Counted from the stretch's first letter, positions 8,531-17,872 are shown. The stretch is DNA of 64,000 nucleotides from Candidatus Shapirobacteria bacterium (GCA_043817235.1 JBDRHA010000006.1:10041-74040); one strand, 5' to 3'. Notes: generated by a model not told the origin, from the sequence alone. Numbers and translations: made by a program.

Positions 8531-9699
8531 TGAGAAAAGCTTTTCTTTACTTTTTTATTTTTCTTCTTGCTTTTCGTATTTTTGGCTATTATTTTTCTTT
8601 AGCTTCCGGCTATCAGGCGGGGGATCAGGTGCTAATTCATGCTTGCCTGGATACTCAGCCGAAAATAACAAGCCGCAATCAGATTTTTTCTTTAAGCAAA
8701 CTAAGAATAATAACGTCGCAAAATGAGCAGATAAATTTTGGCGATTGTTTGCAAATTAAAGGCAAAGTGGGAGAAAAGGGCTTTTTGGTTGATCCGGAAA
8801 TTGAGTTTTGGGAGCCAGGTCTAGCAAAAGACTGGCTTAACGGCCTAAAGAAGTTCGGGTTTTGGCTTCAGCAAAAAGCCAAAAGCCATTACAATCATTA
8901 TTTGCCTGAGCCTGTTTCTTCTTTGCTTTCCGGCATTGTTTTGGGAGCCAAATCTAATTTGCCCGTTAATTTTTACCAGAAACTGCAAAATACGGGGACA
9001 TTGCATATCGTGGTTGCCAGCGGTTATAACCTTACTGTTATAAGCCAATATCCGGCTGATTTTTTAGCCTGGTTTACGGGCCGCAAGGCCGCTTTAGTCC
9101 TTGGTGGGGCATTGGTCTGGCTTTATGTATTGGTTGCTGGTTTTCAGCCGCCTATAATTAGAGCGGCATTAATCATTAGCTTAGTTTATCTAGCCCGGTA
9201 TTTAGGTAGGAAATTCGATGTTTGGCGTGGGTTTTGGTTAGTAATAGGCTTGATGCTTATTTTTTCGCCCAGCCTTATAGCAAGTATTTCTTTTCAGTTG
9301 AGCGTTTCGGCGATGTTTGGCTTGCTGTATTTTGAAGATAAGTTCCAAAGATTGAGAAATATTAGGTTCGTTGGCAAAGCGTTAGCCGAATCGCTAAGCG
9401 CTCAATTAATGGTTTTGCCGATTATAGGCTTTCATTTTGGAACTGTTTCCTGGGCTTCGCCATTAATAAATATGCTGGTATTGCCTTTTGTGCCGCTTTT
9501 GATGACATTGGGTCTAATATCTTTGGGAGCAAGACCTTTTTTATATCTTGTTTATCCGGCGGGTTATTTATTAGAGAAAATAATTAATTTTTTTGGCCGA
9601 TTCTCTTTTTTGCAAATTTCTTTTTCCTTTTCTTGGTTTTTGGTAATAATTTATTATTTGATTTTGTTTTATATTTTTGGATGGAGAAAAAAAGACTAG
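8530..9699 (+). CDS. comEC: ComEC/Rec2 membrane competence domain
   Basis: GTLHIVVASGYN, PPIIRA and SISFQLS motifs; follows comEA. Confidence 0.9.
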   Translation: MRKAFLYFFIFLLAFRIFGYYFSLASGYQAGDQVLIHACLDTQPKITSRNQIFSLSKLRIITSQNEQINFGDCLQIKGKVGEKGFLVDPEIEFWEPGLAKDWLNGLKKFGFWLQQKAKSHYNHYLPEPVSSLLSGIVLGAKSNLPVNFYQKLQNTGTLHIVVASGYNLTVISQYPADFLAWFTGRKAALVLGGALVWLYVLVAGFQPPIIRAALIISLVYLARYLGRKFDVWRGFWLVIGLMLIFSPSLIASISFQLSVSAMFGLLYFEDKFQRLRNIRFVGKALAESLSAQLMVLPIIGFHFGTVSWASPLINMLVLPFVPLLMTLGLISLGARPFLYLVYPAGYLLEKIINFFGRFSFLQISFSFSWFLVIIYYLILFYIFGWRKKD

Positions 9700-10571
9700 T
9701 TGTTTTTTTACTGCTGGGGTTAATTATTTTATTTTGCCTCCAAAGGCCGGATAAGAATTTTCATGTTGTTTTTTGTGATGTGGGAGAAGGGGACGCGATT
9801 TTATTGATCCAAAAGAATAATCAGATTTTAGTAGACGGTGGACCGGGTTCTTCTGTTTTGAAGTGTTTGAGTAATAATGTCCCTTTTTGGGATCGGAAGC
9901 TAGAAGCAGTTCTCTTAACCCATCCGGACGCTGATCATTATTCCGGCTTAATTGAAGTTTTAAAAAGATACAAAATAGAAAATTTTTTTGCTCCGCCTTT
10001 AGGTCAAAAAAACGATCTGTCTTTTAAAAAACTTATTTCTTTGTTAATTGATCAAAAAATTACTCCACAAGCTTTAACTCAAGGAGATAAAATTAGAGTT
10101 GGTTTGATTGATTTTGATATTTTTTGGCCGACTAAAAATAAACTAAAAGAACTAGAGACATTTCAAGATATCTCTAGTTTTCAAAACGGCTTTTGGTTAA
10201 TAAGTGAGAGCTTGGTTAACAATAATGAGTTTTCTTTGGTTGCTCGAGCTACTTTCGACCAATTTGATCTATTGTTAACCGGTGACTTGCCAAGTAACTT
10301 AAGCCAAACTTTAGCCTGGCAAAATAAACTGCCCCAAGTAGAGATATTAAAGGCCAGCCATCATGGATCGGGAGCAGATAACCCGGATGAGCTCTATGAT
10401 AAGACTAACCCCAAGCTGGTGGCTATCAGTGTGGGCGAAAATAATTATGGTCACCCAGGTAAAGAGCTTTTGGAAAAACTCAAAAAACTGAATATTCCCG
10501 CCAAAAGAACCGATGAAAAAGGGGACATTGAGATTATTTCGGACGGAAAGTCTTGGTGGGTGGCCGACTAG
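9681..10571 (+). CDS. ComEC-type metallo-beta-lactamase domain encoded separately
   Basis: FCDVGEGDA, LTHPDADH, LTGD, KASHHGS, NNYGHP. Confidence 0.88.
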   Translation: MEKKRLVVFLLLGLIILFCLQRPDKNFHVVFCDVGEGDAILLIQKNNQILVDGGPGSSVLKCLSNNVPFWDRKLEAVLLTHPDADHYSGLIEVLKRYKIENFFAPPLGQKNDLSFKKLISLLIDQKITPQALTQGDKIRVGLIDFDIFWPTKNKLKELETFQDISSFQNGFWLISESLVNNNEFSLVARATFDQFDLLLTGDLPSNLSQTLAWQNKLPQVEILKASHHGSGADNPDELYDKTNPKLVAISVGENNYGHPGKELLEKLKKLNIPAKRTDEKGDIEIISDGKSWWVAD

Positions 10572-10579
10572 CAAAAAAT

Positions 10580-10857
10580 CACACACTCGGTGTGAATTCG
10601 AACCACACCGGGCGTGTGGGAAGCGGGGTGTCGTCGCGAGAGGTGTTCAGTGTCATTGCGGGGCTCGCAATGACAGTCCAAATAGTCATCCCGAGCGCAG
10701 TCGAGGGATCTTTTGAACCAGAAAAAAGGTCGGTTAGTTTCCAAAGATTCCTCGGCTACGCCCCGCAGTTGCGGGGCTGCGCTCGGAATGACACTGAAAA
10801 CAGATTCCCGATCAGGTTGAGAATGACAAAGGAGGTCAGAGTGAGGCTGTAATGACA
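10580..10857. repeat. REP/REPIN-like cluster
   Basis: 10685-10823 is nearly identical to 12202-12341. Confidence 0.9.
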
Positions 10858-10920
10858 AAAACCCTGACAATAACATTTCGATTTTAAGACCTTATTTGTC
10901 AAAATATGCTATATTCAATC

Positions 10921-11166
10921 ATGGTTTATCTTTGGGATTATGATTTAAAAAAGCTAAAGAAAAACAAGAGCGAGCGGGCGAAAATTTTTCTTTTGGAAAG
11001 AATGATAAATTATGGCCCTGGCAAAGAAAAAATAGACTTAAAAGAAGTGAAAAAATATTGGGATAAACTCAATTTGTTTAAACTGCAAAGACGTTTATTT
11101 GAACTATTAATATGGGGAAAATATCAATCCTCACCCCGGACCAAAAAGCCTTTCTGGCGGGGTTGA
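10921..11166 (+). CDS. Small putative antitoxin partner of the AbiEii-like toxin
   Basis: YLWDYD..LLERMINYG; overlaps the toxin gene; TGCTATATT -10 upstream. Confidence 0.6.
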   Translation: MVYLWDYDLKKLKKNKSERAKIFLLERMINYGPGKEKIDLKEVKKYWDKLNLFKLQRRLFELLIWGKYQSSPRTKKPFWRG

Positions 11167-11768
11167 AGAAAAATCATTATTTTTGCGATAATTTTTACTT
11201 TACTGGAGGCACTGCTTTGGCTGAGTATTATCTTAGCCATCGTTTATCAGAGGATTTAGACTTTTTTTCCGACAAAAGATTTGACAATCATAGGGTGTTG
11301 GGTGGAATAAGAGACTTAAGCAAACTTCTTAATTTTAGCTTTAATTCCCATTTTGCGGAGCCTGCTTACAGTTTTTTTCTCAAGTTTTCTTCTCATTCTC
11401 CAACGAAAATTGACTTTGGTTTTTTCCCTTATCCTAGGTTGGGAAAGAGATTGAAGAAGCAGGGAATTTTGATTGATAGTCAGCTGGATATTGCTGTTAA
11501 TAAATTAATGACTATCTCCCAAAGAACGGATATCAAAGATTTTGTTGATCTTTACTTTTTGCTTGATAAATATTCTTTTTGGGATTTGTTTAGGGGAGTG
11601 GAGGCAAAATTTAAGCAAGAACTTAACCCTTTAATTATTGCTTCTGATTTCTTAAAAATTGAAGAGTTTAATTTCTTGCCGAAAATGATTAGATCTCTCG
11701 AGTTAGAAGATCTGAAAATTTTTTATCGCAAATTAGCAAAAAGATTGGGGAAAAAGAGTTTGCAATAG
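11112..11768 (+). CDS. AbiEii/AbiGii-family nucleotidyltransferase toxin
   Basis: FTGGTALAEYYLSHRLSEDLDFF; NKL..R..KDFVDLY. Confidence 0.85.
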   Translation: MGKISILTPDQKAFLAGLKKNHYFCDNFYFTGGTALAEYYLSHRLSEDLDFFSDKRFDNHRVLGGIRDLSKLLNFSFNSHFAEPAYSFFLKFSSHSPTKIDFGFFPYPRLGKRLKKQGILIDSQLDIAVNKLMTISQRTDIKDFVDLYFLLDKYSFWDLFRGVEAKFKQELNPLIIASDFLKIEEFNFLPKMIRSLELEDLKIFYRKLAKRLGKKSLQ

Positions 11769-12030
11769 CTTGAGCAAGAGATTCAAGATCACTCCGAACG
11801 TCCACGCTTTCTGGAGCACAAACAAATTCAATATTTTGGGCAGGGTCGTAATTATGATGAAGCTGGTCAGCTAGCATCACTCCGCGGGCGCGGTTGAGCA
11901 GACGCTCTGCATAGCCAAGATCGGCAGTTTCTAGGCCAGGCAGCACTGAATAAATTAAAGCCTCTTTTGCCGCTGCGGGTCGGACTGGGTAGGAGCGAAT
12001 AGAAATAATGTCTTTTCTTTCTGGGGTCAT
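11689..12030 (-). CDS. Hypothetical protein
   Basis: TGCTATAAT immediately upstream of the ATG; 3' end overlaps the toxin gene. Confidence 0.45.
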   Translation of the reverse strand: MTPERKDIISIRSYPVRPAAAKEALIYSVLPGLETADLGYAERLLNRARGVMLADQLHHNYDPAQNIEFVCAPESVDVRSDLESLAQAIANSFSPIFLLICDKKFSDLLTREI

Positions 12031-12053
12031 GAATGATTATAGCAATGGGTGAG

Positions 12054-12341
12054 TGTCATTGTGAAGGGCGTTGCCATCCCCGCGAAGGCGGGGTTCTCGT
12101 TATTCCCGCGCAGGCCGAGAGTCTCTGTCATCCCTGCGCAGGCGGGGATCTATGAAATAATCATATAGATTCCCGATCAGGTCGGGAATGACAAAGAGGA
12201 TGTCATCCCGAGCGCAGTCGAGGGATCTTTTGAACCAGAAAAAAGGTCGGTTAGTTTCCAAAGATTCCTCGGCTGCGCCCCGCGATTCGCGGGGCTGCGC
12301 TCGGAATGACACTGAAAACAGATTCCCAATCAGGTTGAGAA
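12054..12341. repeat. REP/REPIN-like cluster
   Basis: Tandem CCCGCGnAGGC units plus a REPIN copy. Confidence 0.9.
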
Positions 12342-12376
12342 CGATATTATTGGCGTAAATTTGCTATTATTTTCCT

Positions 12377-13420
12377 ATGTCCGAAGCAGGTGAGAGCAGT
12401 AACTTTTCTACGAAAATAAGCCGACGCAAATTTTTGGCAGGGGTGGGGGCAACGGCTGGAGTAGCCATGATCGATTCTTTAACCAATCAACGATTTAGCA
12501 AAGCAGCCGGGAGTAAAGTGGCTGGAGCCCTTGAAGTTTCGCGCTCTTTGAGAGAATCAGCGGCTGATTATCGTCTTGACGAAGTAAGCATATCCCAGCA
12601 AGAGGAAGTATTATCCGAGCCAAGCTTTCAAATTGAGCGCTTATTAGTAAAAGTAAAAGGGGAAAATCGGGACTTTGAAGCGGTTTTGGCGACTTTTAAT
12701 CCGCAAGCCCAAGCAAGCATCGAAAAAACAGAAGATTTTCGCCGCGAGAGCTTATTGGCCGCCAAGCAGCCGCGGCTTGTCGGCCCGGTGGGCTATTTAC
12801 AGGGTGATTATCATCGGGATGCCGTAGTTTCGGAGCAAGAAAGAAGAGTGAGTTTAAAGTTAGCTGGTCGAGATTCAAGAGGAGAAAATTATGGAGAAAA
12901 TGAAATTGTGGATCGATTCCCAGGTTTGAGGCCCGAAATTAATTCTGCTTCTGGGGGTTTAATTATTGACCAGCAGGGAAAAGTTAGACTAGGCAATAAA
13001 AAAGAACTGATCCAAGCTCAAAGTGAAGGAAGACCATTTTTGCAAATGGTTTATTACCTTGATAATCAAAATCAAGAACAGGTTTTAAGCCAAAAATGGC
13101 ATCACTTTGGCAAAGAACTGGAAATAGGCAATACTAGCTATTTTTTTGGTGCATATGTTGAGTATGTGAAAGAGGGCGCTTGGCGTAGTGGTTATGTTGT
13201 CTTTGATAAAGACATGGTTCCGATTAGACATTTAGTGAAGCTAGTGGAAGGGTTGTCAGAAACTAGTGACTTTCGCTTAGCCCTGGCTGACGCTGGCAAC
13301 GGCTCTTCTTTATTAGTTAGCAGTGATAAGCTGGAGGAATCTAAGGCGGCTTATGGCGTCAATGAATTTAATACTCATTATTCCCCTTTAGGGGTAGTTA
13401 TTGAAGGAGGTGAGAGCTAG
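12377..13420 (+). CDS. Hypothetical protein with twin-arginine-like N-terminus
   Basis: 347-aa ORF; SRRKFLAG followed by a hydrophobic stretch. Confidence 0.55.
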   Translation: MSEAGESSNFSTKISRRKFLAGVGATAGVAMIDSLTNQRFSKAAGSKVAGALEVSRSLRESAADYRLDEVSISQQEEVLSEPSFQIERLLVKVKGENRDFEAVLATFNPQAQASIEKTEDFRRESLLAAKQPRLVGPVGYLQGDYHRDAVVSEQERRVSLKLAGRDSRGENYGENEIVDRFPGLRPEINSASGGLIIDQQGKVRLGNKKELIQAQSEGRPFLQMVYYLDNQNQEQVLSQKWHHFGKELEIGNTSYFFGAYVEYVKEGAWRSGYVVFDKDMVPIRHLVKLVEGLSETSDFRLALADAGNGSSLLVSSDKLEESKAAYGVNEFNTHYSPLGVVIEGGES

Positions 13421-13722
13421 TGAAAGGTTTTCTGGAATTTGTAAGAAAGCAGGGTGTGGTGGGCCTGGCTGTTGGTTTTATTTTAGGCGGCTCGGTTAAA
13501 GAGGTTGTTTCCGCTTTAATTGAAGATATTATTAATCCTGTTTTAGGAGTTTTGCTGGGTTCTACCAAAGGATTAGCTAGTGCCAGTTTAAAGCTTGGGC
13601 CGTTGGAGCTTTTGTGGGGGCATTTTGTTTCTGTTTTAATTGACTTTTTGGTAGTCGCTTTTGTAGTTTATTTTGGAATTAAGGGTTTGGGGTTAGAAAA
13701 GCTGGATAAAAAGAAGAAATAA
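13420..13722 (+). CDS. mscL: Large-conductance mechanosensitive channel
   Basis: FLEFVRKQGVVGLAVGFILG..LIEDIINP..LIDFLVVAFVVY. Confidence 0.9.
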   Translation: MKGFLEFVRKQGVVGLAVGFILGGSVKEVVSALIEDIINPVLGVLLGSTKGLASASLKLGPLELLWGHFVSVLIDFLVVAFVVYFGIKGLGLEKLDKKKK

Positions 13723-13766
13723 TTTGAATTTAGGCTTGCTGGCTGATAAAATCAATGGTCTTTTTC

Positions 13767-13840
13767 GCGCCCGTAGCTCAGTTTGGCAGAGCACCTGCCT
13801 TTTAAGCAGTGGGTCGGGGGTTCGAATCCCTCCGGGCGCA
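13767..13840 (+). tRNA. tRNA-Lys(TTT)
   Basis: GCGCCCG/CGGGCGC acceptor stem, CT-TTT-AA loop, TTCGAAT T-loop. Confidence 0.93.
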
Positions 13841-13935
13841 CTAAGTTTGCCCCTAATTATTATATAGGACTTTTGGTCATTGACAATATAGGATACTGGT
13901 TATTATTCGTTTCTTAGTGATATACTTTAATCAAA

Positions 13936-16641
13936 ATGACTAAACGAGATTTTAAAAAGCAGGAAAATAAGTGGCAAGTTGTTTGGGAAAAACAGGGCTG
14001 GTATCGGGCTAAGGATTTTGAAAAAAGGAAAAAGAAAAAATATGTTTTAGTTGAGTTTCCTTATCCTTCCGGCGAGGGTTTGCATATCGGCCATGCCTTT
14101 TCTATGACTGGCGCAGATATTTACGCTCGCTTTTGCCGGATGAGTGGTTTTAATGTTCTTTTTCCCATGGGTTGGGATGCTTTTGGCTTGCCTACGGAAA
14201 ATTACGCCATTAAAACCGGCATTTCGCCCCAAAAAGCGACCAAAAAAAACACTGATAATTTTCGGCGGCAGATGAAAAAGCTGGCTTTTTCTTTTGACTG
14301 GAGCCGGGAAATCAATACCACTGATCCGGATTATTATCGCTGGACGCAGTGGATTTTTATTCAGCTTTTTAAAAAAGGTTTGGCCTATAAAGAAGAAAAG
14401 CCAATAAATTGGTGTCCTTCCTGTCGAATTGGGCTGGCCAACGAGGAAGTGATTGACAGCAAGTGCGAGCGATGTGGGGCACAAACTCTTAAAAAGAATA
14501 TTAACCAGTGGATTGTTAAAATCACTGATTATGCTGAGCGCTTAATTTCCGGGCTGGAAGAAACTACTTTTGTTTCTAAAGTAAAAGCGGCTCAAATTAA
14601 CTGGATTGGCAGGAGTGAGGGGGCAAGGGTGAAGTTTAAACTTTCTCAAGACTCGGTCTCAATTTTGCGGTGCTCATCCCGCAGTGGCGGGACTCCTAAA
14701 ATTGAAACCTCGTCAGCTTTCTTGGAGGTTTTTACTACCCGTCCTGATACTTTATGGGGAGCGACTTTTATGGTGCTTTCTCCCGAGCACCGCCTTGTGG
14801 CGGAAATTCTAAATTCTAAATCCGAAGCTCCTGCCTCGCCGGCAGGCGGGCCAAATAAATCAAAAATTTCAAATTCTAATATTGAAGAAATTAAGAAATA
14901 TGTTAATCGGGCGAGGAGAAAGACAGATTTAGAAAGAGCCGAGCTGGAAAAAGAGAAAACCGGGGTCTTTACCGGGATTTATGCCCTAAATCCAGCGAAT
15001 AACGAAAAAATTCCGGTTTGGGTATCGGATTTTGTTTTAAGCACTTATGGTACCGGGGCGATTATGGCCGTGCCCGCTCATGACCAGCGGGATTTTGCTT
15101 TTGCTAAAAAATATAATCTGCCGATTATTCCGGTCATCAAGCCGCCGAAAAAATGGGACTTTGGTAAAGAGCCTTATGTGGATGTGGATCGGGGGGCAAT
15201 GATTAATTCCGGCCCGATTAATGGATTGGCACCGAAAGAGGCGATTAAAAAGACTTTAAATATACTAGAAAAAAAAGAAGCAGGGAAAAAAGCAATTGAT
15301 TATCACTTGCGCGATTGGATTTTTTCCCGCCAGCATTATTGGGGAGAGCCAATACCCATGACTTATTGCGCCAGATGCGGTTGGCAGCCGGTTAAAGAAT
15401 CGGATTTGCCGGTGGAATTGCCAAAGGTAAAAAAATATGAGCCGACTAAAACCGGAGAATCGCCTTTGGCCAATATTAGGGATTGGGTTAATGTTACGTG
15501 CCCAGTTTGTGGAGGTAAAGCTGAGCGGGAAACCGACACCATGCCTAATTGGGCCGGTTCAGATTGGTACTACCTCGCCTATTGCTTCGCAGGCAAACTC
15601 GGAAATTACAAATTACAAATTCCAAAGACCAAACAAATTACAAATTCCAATAACCAAAAACTAAAAAGTTTGGATACTTGTAATTTGGAGCTTGGAAATT
15701 CTCAAAATATTTTTGAGTCTTCAAAAGATGTTTTGAGCCATTGGCTGCCGGTGGATGTTTATGTGGGCGGAGACGAACATAATACTTTGCACCTGCTTTA
15801 TTCCCGGTTTATTTACCAGTTTTTGCGGGATCTGGGAGTAGTGCCCAAATCTATTCCCGAGCCTTATTATTGGCGGCTTTCCCATGGAGTAATTTTAGGG
15901 GCAGACGGGAGTCGTATGAGCAAATCGCGGGGCAACATAGTGGAGCCGGACAAGCTTTGGGAAAAATACGGCGTGGATGCTTTGCGCACTTATATGATGT
16001 TCATGGGCCCGTTTGAGGGAACGATTGTTTGGAATGATAATGCTTTAAAAGGGGTGGTGCGTTTTTTGGATAGATTTTATGATTTCGTAATAACTCCCGA
16101 GGTAGGCCTTGATTCCTCGAGAGCTGCTTCGAGTCCCGGAACTCCCGAGGTAGGCCTTGATTCCTCGGGAGTTGAGGTTGTTGCAATAAATAAGCTTGTT
16201 AATAAAGTTTCTCGTGACTTGTCTAGTTTTCAGTTTAATACGGCAATAGCGGCGATGATGGAATGGCTTAATCAGGCTGAAAAAGAGGCTTGGCAATTAA
16301 AAGACGAAGAAAAAAGAATTTTAATTCAGTTGATTGCACCGTTTGCTCCATATACGTCTGAAGATCTTTGGGAAAATTTGGGAGGAAAAGGGAGTGTGCA
16401 TTGGAGCAAATGGCCAGAAGTGGAAAAAAAGGCTCTTCGAGAAGAAGAGGTGGTTATTGCTGTTCAAGTTAATGGGAAGTTGAGAGCAACAATACAGCTT
16501 AAAACTAAAAGCTTAAAGCTTAAAGCCAGAATAGAAGAAAAAGCAAAGAAAGAAGAAAAAGTCGCAAAATACTTAAAAGGCAAGAAAATAATCAAAACTA
16601 TTTACATCCCGGGAAGATTAATTAACTTTGTGGTAAAGTAA
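13936..16641 (+). CDS. leuS: Leucyl-tRNA synthetase with several repeat-derived in-frame inserts
   Basis: FPYPSGEGLHIGH, FTTRPDT, GTGAIMAVPAHDQRD, RMSKS, VQVNGKLR. Confidence 0.96.
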   Translation: MTKRDFKKQENKWQVVWEKQGWYRAKDFEKRKKKKYVLVEFPYPSGEGLHIGHAFSMTGADIYARFCRMSGFNVLFPMGWDAFGLPTENYAIKTGISPQKATKKNTDNFRRQMKKLAFSFDWSREINTTDPDYYRWTQWIFIQLFKKGLAYKEEKPINWCPSCRIGLANEEVIDSKCERCGAQTLKKNINQWIVKITDYAERLISGLEETTFVSKVKAAQINWIGRSEGARVKFKLSQDSVSILRCSSRSGGTPKIETSSAFLEVFTTRPDTLWGATFMVLSPEHRLVAEILNSKSEAPASPAGGPNKSKISNSNIEEIKKYVNRARRKTDLERAELEKEKTGVFTGIYALNPANNEKIPVWVSDFVLSTYGTGAIMAVPAHDQRDFAFAKKYNLPIIPVIKPPKKWDFGKEPYVDVDRGAMINSGPINGLAPKEAIKKTLNILEKKEAGKKAIDYHLRDWIFSRQHYWGEPIPMTYCARCGWQPVKESDLPVELPKVKKYEPTKTGESPLANIRDWVNVTCPVCGGKAERETDTMPNWAGSDWYYLAYCFAGKLGNYKLQIPKTKQITNSNNQKLKSLDTCNLELGNSQNIFESSKDVLSHWLPVDVYVGGDEHNTLHLLYSRFIYQFLRDLGVVPKSIPEPYYWRLSHGVILGADGSRMSKSRGNIVEPDKLWEKYGVDALRTYMMFMGPFEGTIVWNDNALKGVVRFLDRFYDFVITPEVGLDSSRAASSPGTPEVGLDSSGVEVVAINKLVNKVSRDLSSFQFNTAIAAMMEWLNQAEKEAWQLKDEEKRILIQLIAPFAPYTSEDLWENLGGKGSVHWSKWPEVEKKALREEEVVIAVQVNGKLRATIQLKTKSLKLKARIEEKAKKEEKVAKYLKGKKIIKTIYIPGRLINFVVK

Positions 16642-16642
16642 G

Positions 16643-16753
16643 TTATTTCTTCTTGTTAGAATTCTTTTTGATCAGGCTGGCAATTGCGCTTAGAATCGCC
16701 GCAATTCCCAAGACTTTAAGAATTCCCGAACAGCATTTTTTCTTTTTCGCCAT
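16643..16753 (-). CDS. 36-aa basic single-helix peptide (MAKKKKCCSGILKVLGIAAILSAIASLIKKNSNKKK)
   Basis: Hand-translated ATG..TAA ORF below the ORF-track cutoff. Confidence 0.45.
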   Translation of the reverse strand: MAKKKKCCSGILKVLGIAAILSAIASLIKKNSNKKK

Positions 16754-16816
16754 TTATATTTTTTAAACTAATAATAGATTGTCATTGCGTTCGCAATGAC
16801 AATAATTTCATGATAT

Positions 16817-16859
16817 CAAAAAGAAAAGAGAACGGACTGCCACAAAACTATTTTAACAT
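16817..16859 (+). repeat. 43-bp direct repeat (second copy 17657-17699)
   Basis: 40/43 identical; each copy follows a TCGCAATGAC REP end. Confidence 0.85.
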
Positions 16860-16863
16860 ATTC

Positions 16864-16904
16864 TTGACAAGAATGAATGTGCGATTGTACAATGGTATCG
16901 GAGG
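16864..16904 (+). promoter_or_regulatory. Sigma70 promoter and RBS of the first VapBC-like module
   Basis: TTGACA-18-TACAAT, then GGAGG. Confidence 0.7.
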
Positions 16905-16911
16905 ATAAGAA

Positions 16912-17178
16912 ATGAATTATGTAGCAACCAATATCCGTTTTCCGGAAGAGGACTGGAAGTATTTTAAAATCAAGGCCTTGGAGGCTAGGAAAAGTTTGGC
17001 TGCTTGGATCAGAGATTCTTTAAGAGAAAAAGAGGGCTTAACTAAAAAAACTGTCAAAAGCCAAGAGAAAGATTCTTTTTGGGAATTTCCTGAACTTTTG
17101 AAAAAGAATAAAATTAGAGATAAGGCGCCCAAAAATCTTTCTTTAAATCTTGATCAATATCTTTATGGCCAAGAATAA
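16912..17178 (+). CDS. Ribbon-helix-helix-like antitoxin
   Basis: TNIRFPEEDWKYFKIKA..SLAAWIRD; ends LDQYLYG; overlaps the PIN gene. Confidence 0.7.
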   Translation: MNYVATNIRFPEEDWKYFKIKALEARKSLAAWIRDSLREKEGLTKKTVKSQEKDSFWEFPELLKKNKIRDKAPKNLSLNLDQYLYGQE

Positions 17179-17581
17179 GGTATATATTGACACTTCCGCT
17201 TTAGTGGCTTACTTAAGGCCAGCTGATAGCTGTCACAAGAAAGCCGTTAAGGTTTGGGAAAGATTAAGAAAAGACCAGCCAAATCTAATTCTCACTAATT
17301 ATATTCTGGCTGAATTTTTCACTGTAATTAGACAAAGAATTGGAATAAAGGCGGCGGTAAAAGCAGGCGAGATAATAAAAAGGTCTTCGTATTTTAAGAT
17401 AATTTGGGCAGATCAAGTATTAGATGAGGAAGCTTGGAAAATTTTTAAAAAAAACACCCAAAAAAATATTAGTTTTGTTGACTGTGTTTCTATAGCGGTA
17501 ATCGAGAAGTTGAAAATTAATGCCGTTTTTGGTTTTGATAAACATCTTGTTAAGGCCGGAGTTAAATTGATAGAAAACTAA
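17165..17581 (+). CDS. PIN-domain (VapC) toxin
   Basis: YIDTSALVA..ILAE..SFVDCVS..FGFDKH. Confidence 0.88.
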   Translation: MAKNKVYIDTSALVAYLRPADSCHKKAVKVWERLRKDQPNLILTNYILAEFFTVIRQRIGIKAAVKAGEIIKRSSYFKIIWADQVLDEEAWKIFKKNTQKNISFVDCVSIAVIEKLKINAVFGFDKHLVKAGVKLIEN

Positions 17582-17726
17582 TCAGCAATTTAAAGCAGAG
17601 ATTGCCACGCCCCCCGATGTAGCGTCGGGGGACTCGCAATGACACATTCATCGTTCCAAAAAGAAAAGAGAACCGACTGCCACAAGGCTATTTTAACATT
17701 CTTTCACCCTTGATATAATTTTATTT

Positions 17727-17829
17727 TGCGAGCGGGAAAACCTCGGAGCTTGCTCCGTGGATGAAAGCTATAATCCTCGCAAAGCGAGCAAAAGAAGAAA
17801 CTGCGCAAGCTTGCTGCGCAGAGGCTTCA
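17727..17829 (+). mobile_element. Non-autonomous IS200/IS605-like end pair (PATE-like)
   Basis: Hairpins CCTCGGAGC-TT-GCTCCGTGG and CTGCGCAAGCTTGCTGCGCAG, ending AGGCTTCA; no ORF. Confidence 0.55.
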
Positions 17830-17872
17830 TTTTTTATGTTAACTTTAAAATTAGTTGAAAGGAAATAAAATT

